A stretch of 24,996 bases of DNA from Octopus sinensis (lineage: Eukaryota): assembly GCF_006345805.1 (NCBI RefSeq), contig NW_021836211.1:1-24996 (forward strand). The letters run 5' to 3'. A program made the position numbers and the translations under genes. A model generated the notes under the pieces. It did not search any database. It was given only the letters and a program-made list of their open reading frames with translations, and was not told the origin of the DNA. Positions 20,345 through 24,996 of the stretch are shown here, one piece after another (position 1 is the first letter of the stretch; the number at the start of each line of letters is the position of its first letter).

Positions 20345-20764
20345 ATATACTCTTTTACTCTTTTACTTGTTTCAGTCATTTGACTGCGGCCATGCTGGAG
20401 CACCGCCTTTTTAGTCGAGCAAATCGACCCCGGGACTTATTCTTTGTTAGCCCAGTACTTATTCTATCGGTCTCTTTTGCCGAACCGCTAAGTGACGGGG
20501 ACGTAAACACACCAGCATCGACCCTGGGACTTATTCTTTGTAAGCCCAGTACTTATTCTATCGGTCTCTTTTGCCGAACCGCTAGGTGACGGGGACGTAA
20601 ACACACCAGCATCGACCCTGGGACTTATTCTTTGTAAGTCCAGTACTTATTCTATTGGTCTCTTTTGCCGAACCGCTAGGTGACGGGGACGTAAACACAC
20701 CAGCATCGACCCCGGGACTTATTCTTTGTAAGCCCAGTACTTATTCTATCGGTCTCTTTTGCCG
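20345..20764 (-). mobile_element. SINE family 2 with (AAAAGAGT)n tail and an internal 94-bp tandem triplication
   Basis: Tail ACTCTTTTACTCTTTTAC at about 20349-20366. TCGACCC recurs at 20424, 20518, 20612 and 20706. Confidence 0.85.
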
Positions 20765-21761
20765 CGTATGTACTAGCAAAAATGCGTGTGTGCAACAAAC
20801 TAGAAAAAATTGCGAGGATGGTGAAAAGGATAATGTGGGACCTGCGCAGGTTTCAGATTTTTCAAGATATGTCTGCCCACATATACTTGATCTATCTTCA
20901 TCAGCCAAACATATACCACGACAACCTTTCAGATGTTACCACATTAATGCCATTACACTCGACTGAAACGCCGAAACGCTAACAGCACGGGAACGGTGAA
21001 GAAGTTTCAATAAATTAGTAATGCAATACTAGAGTATTGCTTTCCAGTAAAGAATAGCCCGTGAGGGAAAAATATACAAAGAAGTAAATATATGGCACAA
21101 CGAAGTACCGATATTTACTGGAAATAGCGAACGTAATAATACGACGCTAATGTATAGCTTCACCGCGTATGTAATAGCAAAAATGTTCTCCCTGGAGGTA
21201 AGACAATTTTTTCTAGTTTGTTGCACACACGCATTTTGCTAGTACATACGCGGTGAAGCTATACATTAGCGTCGTATTATTACGTTCGCTATTTCCAGTA
21301 AATATCGGTACTTCGTTGGGCCATATATTTACTTCTTTGTATATTTTCCCCTCACGGGCTATTCTTTACTGGAAAGCAATACTCTAGTATTGCATTACTA
21401 ATTTATTGAAACTTCTTCACCGTTCTCGTGCTGTTAGCGTTTCGGCGTTTCAGTTGAGTTTAATGGCATTAATGTGGTAACATCTGAAAGGTTGTCGTGG
21501 TATATGTTTGGCTGATGAAGATAGATCAAGTATATGTGGGCAGGCATATCTTGAAAAATCTGAAACCGGCGCCGGTCCCATATTATCCTTTTCTAGGTAT
21601 TTCATCTTTCAGATGTTCTCCCTGGAGGTAAGACAATTTTTTCAAGTTTGTTGCACACACGCATTTTTGCTAGTACATACGCGGTGAAGCTATACATGAG
21701 CGTCGTATTATTACGTTCGCTATTTCCAGTAAATATCGGTACTTCATTGTGCCATATATTT

Positions 21762-21765
<4 letters not shown>
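20762..21765. repeat. Inverted plus tandem duplication of a ~430-bp unit (arms 20823-21182 and 21235-21593)
   Basis: The arms are reverse complements with scattered substitutions around a ~52-bp spacer. ATGTTCTCCCTGGAGGTAAGAC recurs in direct orientation at about 21183 and 21613. Confidence 0.92.
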
Positions 21766-21831
<66 letters not shown>

Positions 21832-21870
21832 ATGATATGTATGTTGTGTGTGTGTGTGTTTGTGTGTCTG
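21765..21870. repeat. (CT)n(AT)n(GT)n compound microsatellite
   Basis: Direct reading. Confidence 0.9.
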
Positions 21871-21884
21871 TGTTGTCCCCCTAG

Positions 21885-21986
21885 CATTGCCTGACAACCG
21901 ATGCTGGTTGTTTATGTCCCTGTCACTTAGCGGTTCGGCAAAAGAGACCAATAGAATAAGTACTGGGCTCACAAAGAATAAGTCCC

Positions 21987-21990
<4 letters not shown>
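21885..21990 (+). mobile_element. SINE family 2 internal fragment
   Basis: GACAACCGATGCTGG...CTTAGCGGTTCGGCAAAAGAGACC...AAGAATAAGTCCCGGGG is the reverse complement of the copies at 20370-20760. Confidence 0.75.
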
Positions 21991-22794
<804 letters not shown>

Positions 22795-22795
<1 letters not shown>

Positions 22796-24996
22796 TGTTT
22801 CTTTATTAGCCACACAGGCTGCACAGATAGATAGAACAAATTACAAGGTAGAGCTTTTCTTTTGGGGGTAAAAAAAAGGAGAGTGGTGGTTTTCGATCAA
22901 AAGGGATCGTAAAAGGAAAGAAAAAGGACAAAAAAAAGGGGAGGGGTTAAAAAAAGGGGGGAGAGAAAAAAATGAATAATAGGGATCGTTATCACAGAAA
23001 TGTCAATATGAAGTGTAAAGGGGAGGACAGGTGAGGTTTACCAGTGGAAAGAAAAGCCTACGGAAAAGACCACGGTAACCTCGGTCAATGAAGTCACATG
23101 TTATATTCTTTTTTTTTTTTTTTGCAAATAAGCAACTCTCTGTATTAATTTTTATGGTTCATAGAATCATAGTCAAGGTGGCTTCGTCATTCATACGTGC
23201 CATCCTTCCTACATTCAACATCTTTTTTTTTAAAACATTCACTAGACAAAACTTGCCTCTCTTCTCTCACTTTCCTCTTCAAGTGATACTTGAAGAAGTT
23301 GATGAGAGATTGACCAGAGAGGAAAGTGTTTGTCTCCAATCCTTTCAGGCGCGTCCACCAGATACATTCTTTCGCCATAGCCACAAGTATGATAAAATTA
23401 GCTCTTCCTTCCCGTTTGAAAGAAGGAGGCGTGACGATATTAACGATAGACTCGGCTGATAAACCGACACGTCCCACACGTGACAGCAGTCGTTCGACAT
23501 AAGCCCACAGGTCGGAAATTGCTGGACACTGCACGATTGCGTGCAGAGCGGTTTCGTCGCTCTGCCCGCATCTCGGGCAGGTAGGCCCTGTGTTTCTCGA
23601 GCCATGCCTATAGAGCTTATCCCGAACGGGTAGCGCTTCTCGGTAGCACCGCCAGGCCAGGGATCTCTGGAAGTTGTCCATAGGTCCCGGGCCGAAAGTC
23701 GTTTGAAACAGGCGGGTCAGGTATTCCTCGTCGACGCCCAGGTTTGCCCCGAGCTCGTCGTCGTACCTCCCCTCCACTAATCCCCTATAGAATGCTTTGG
23801 TTGTGTTGAAGTCACTCAAGGTTGACCCGGGACGGCAGAGTTGCTTGAGAGCAACGCGACACTCGCGGTGCCATTCGCCCTTCCTCGGCCTCATTTTGAT
23901 CCACGACTGTAGTTCGGTCATGGAGACGAGTTGCGGGAATGCGTGCCTCACAAACGGCGACCACACCTGTTCACCGTCGTCTACATAGAGCCGGAGATGT
24001 CACAGTCTCAGCGCGTGTCTGCGCATCATCAACCACGGCATGCCCAGCCCTCCTTTTAACGGGTGTTGACAGCAAATGGATCGCCTGACCATCGGGACGC
24101 ATCCTTTCCACAAGAAGCGGAAGAGGATGCGTTCTAGTTTGGTGATGGTAGGGTCGGGACAAGGTACGACTGTGAGGCGGTAGTAGATGATGGACGCGAT
24201 GTACGCGTTCACCACCTCCTCCCGACCTTTTAGGGACAGTTTCCTCTCGGCCCATTGCTGGGCGAGAGTGACCACCCTACTCGTTATCTCGTTCCAGTTC
24301 TTCGCCATTTGGAGGTCCGGACCGAACCAGACCCCGAGCAACTCAACCGGGCCGTCTGTCCAGCGTCCCACGACGGAGGTACTGGTGGACGGCATGGGCT
24401 TGCTTCTCCAGGTTCCGAGCCGCAAGCCCACTGACTTTTCCCGGTTGATTTTTGCTCCTGTCACCGCTTCGTAGTCTTTCAGTGTCTCGCCGACCCGCTC
24501 GATGTGCTCGTGGCTTGACACTATGACGGTGACGTCGTCCGCGTATGCAGACACGCTCGTCCCGCATCCCAATTCTCGCGGGATGCCCCTTAGAGTCGCC
24601 AGCTTCCGCAGTAGTGGCTCAAGAGTCAATACGTATAGAAGCGCCGAGAGGGGGCATCCCTGACGGACCGAACGTGCAATGTCGAAAGGTCTCGATAGAT
24701 GTCCATTTACGCGAATTACCGAACGGATGCCTCTGTACAAGGCAGCTATCCAGCCGCGGAAGACGGGACCGAAACCAGCCGCTCTCAGGACTGCCTCCAA
24801 GTATCGATGGTCTACCCTATCAAAGGCTTTCGATTGATCCAAGTTGATCAGGGCCCCACCCATGCCAGGTTCGTTAACTACCCTGTCTATGATGTAGCGC
24901 ATCAGATGGAGGTTGTCATGGATGCTCCGGCCCGGCACGGCGCACGTTTGTGTGTTGTCGACCAGTTTCTCGATGACAAGCGCCAACCTCTTGGCT
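22795..24996 (-). mobile_element. Tx1/L1-clade non-LTR retrotransposon, copy 2 (continues beyond the window)
   Basis: LINLDQSKAFDRVDH, RSVRQGCPLS, YADD and CPRCGQSDETALHAIVQC. The 3' UTR and AATAAA are collinear with copy 1. Confidence 0.93.
23160..24996 (-). pseudogene. ORF2 of Tx1 copy 2, lightly damaged
   Basis: Track ORFs 24000-24986 and 23187-23966 are in the same frame, separated by one TGA at 24000-24002 that is CGA in copy 1. A net +1 frameshift lies at the T run near 23222-23231. Confidence 0.9.

Overview
Eukaryotic, repeat-saturated genomic window with no intact protein-coding gene. The SINE families look like those I recall from Octopus genomes; this is recognition only and was not checked against a database. 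Contents: two decayed copies of one Tx1/L1-clade LINE (minus strand, 2151-4539 and 22795-24996), each ending directly in a (TATC)n tract; a nearly complete but frameshifted CR1-group LINE ORF2 (10131-13115) between (TA)n tracts; two further CR1-group 3' fragments (15690-17470), one with its last ~122 bp repeated 7 times; an RTE/BovB-like 3' remnant fused to a SINE; at least three tRNA-type SINE families, including a six-copy head-to-tail cluster carrying three different tails; a MITE-like element with a tandemly amplified arm; a ~360-bp-arm inverted duplication whose unit carries a microexon-like splice signature; and very long (AAT)n, (AT)n, (AG)n and (GATA/GACA)n microsatellites. Most long ORFs in the track are microsatellite read-through. 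The strongest leads are a shared ~55-nt 3' terminus between a SINE and the Tx1 LINE (candidate SINE/LINE partner pair), consistent pairing of each retroelement 3' end with a particular microsatellite, and repeated birth of minisatellites from element ends at short microhomologies.
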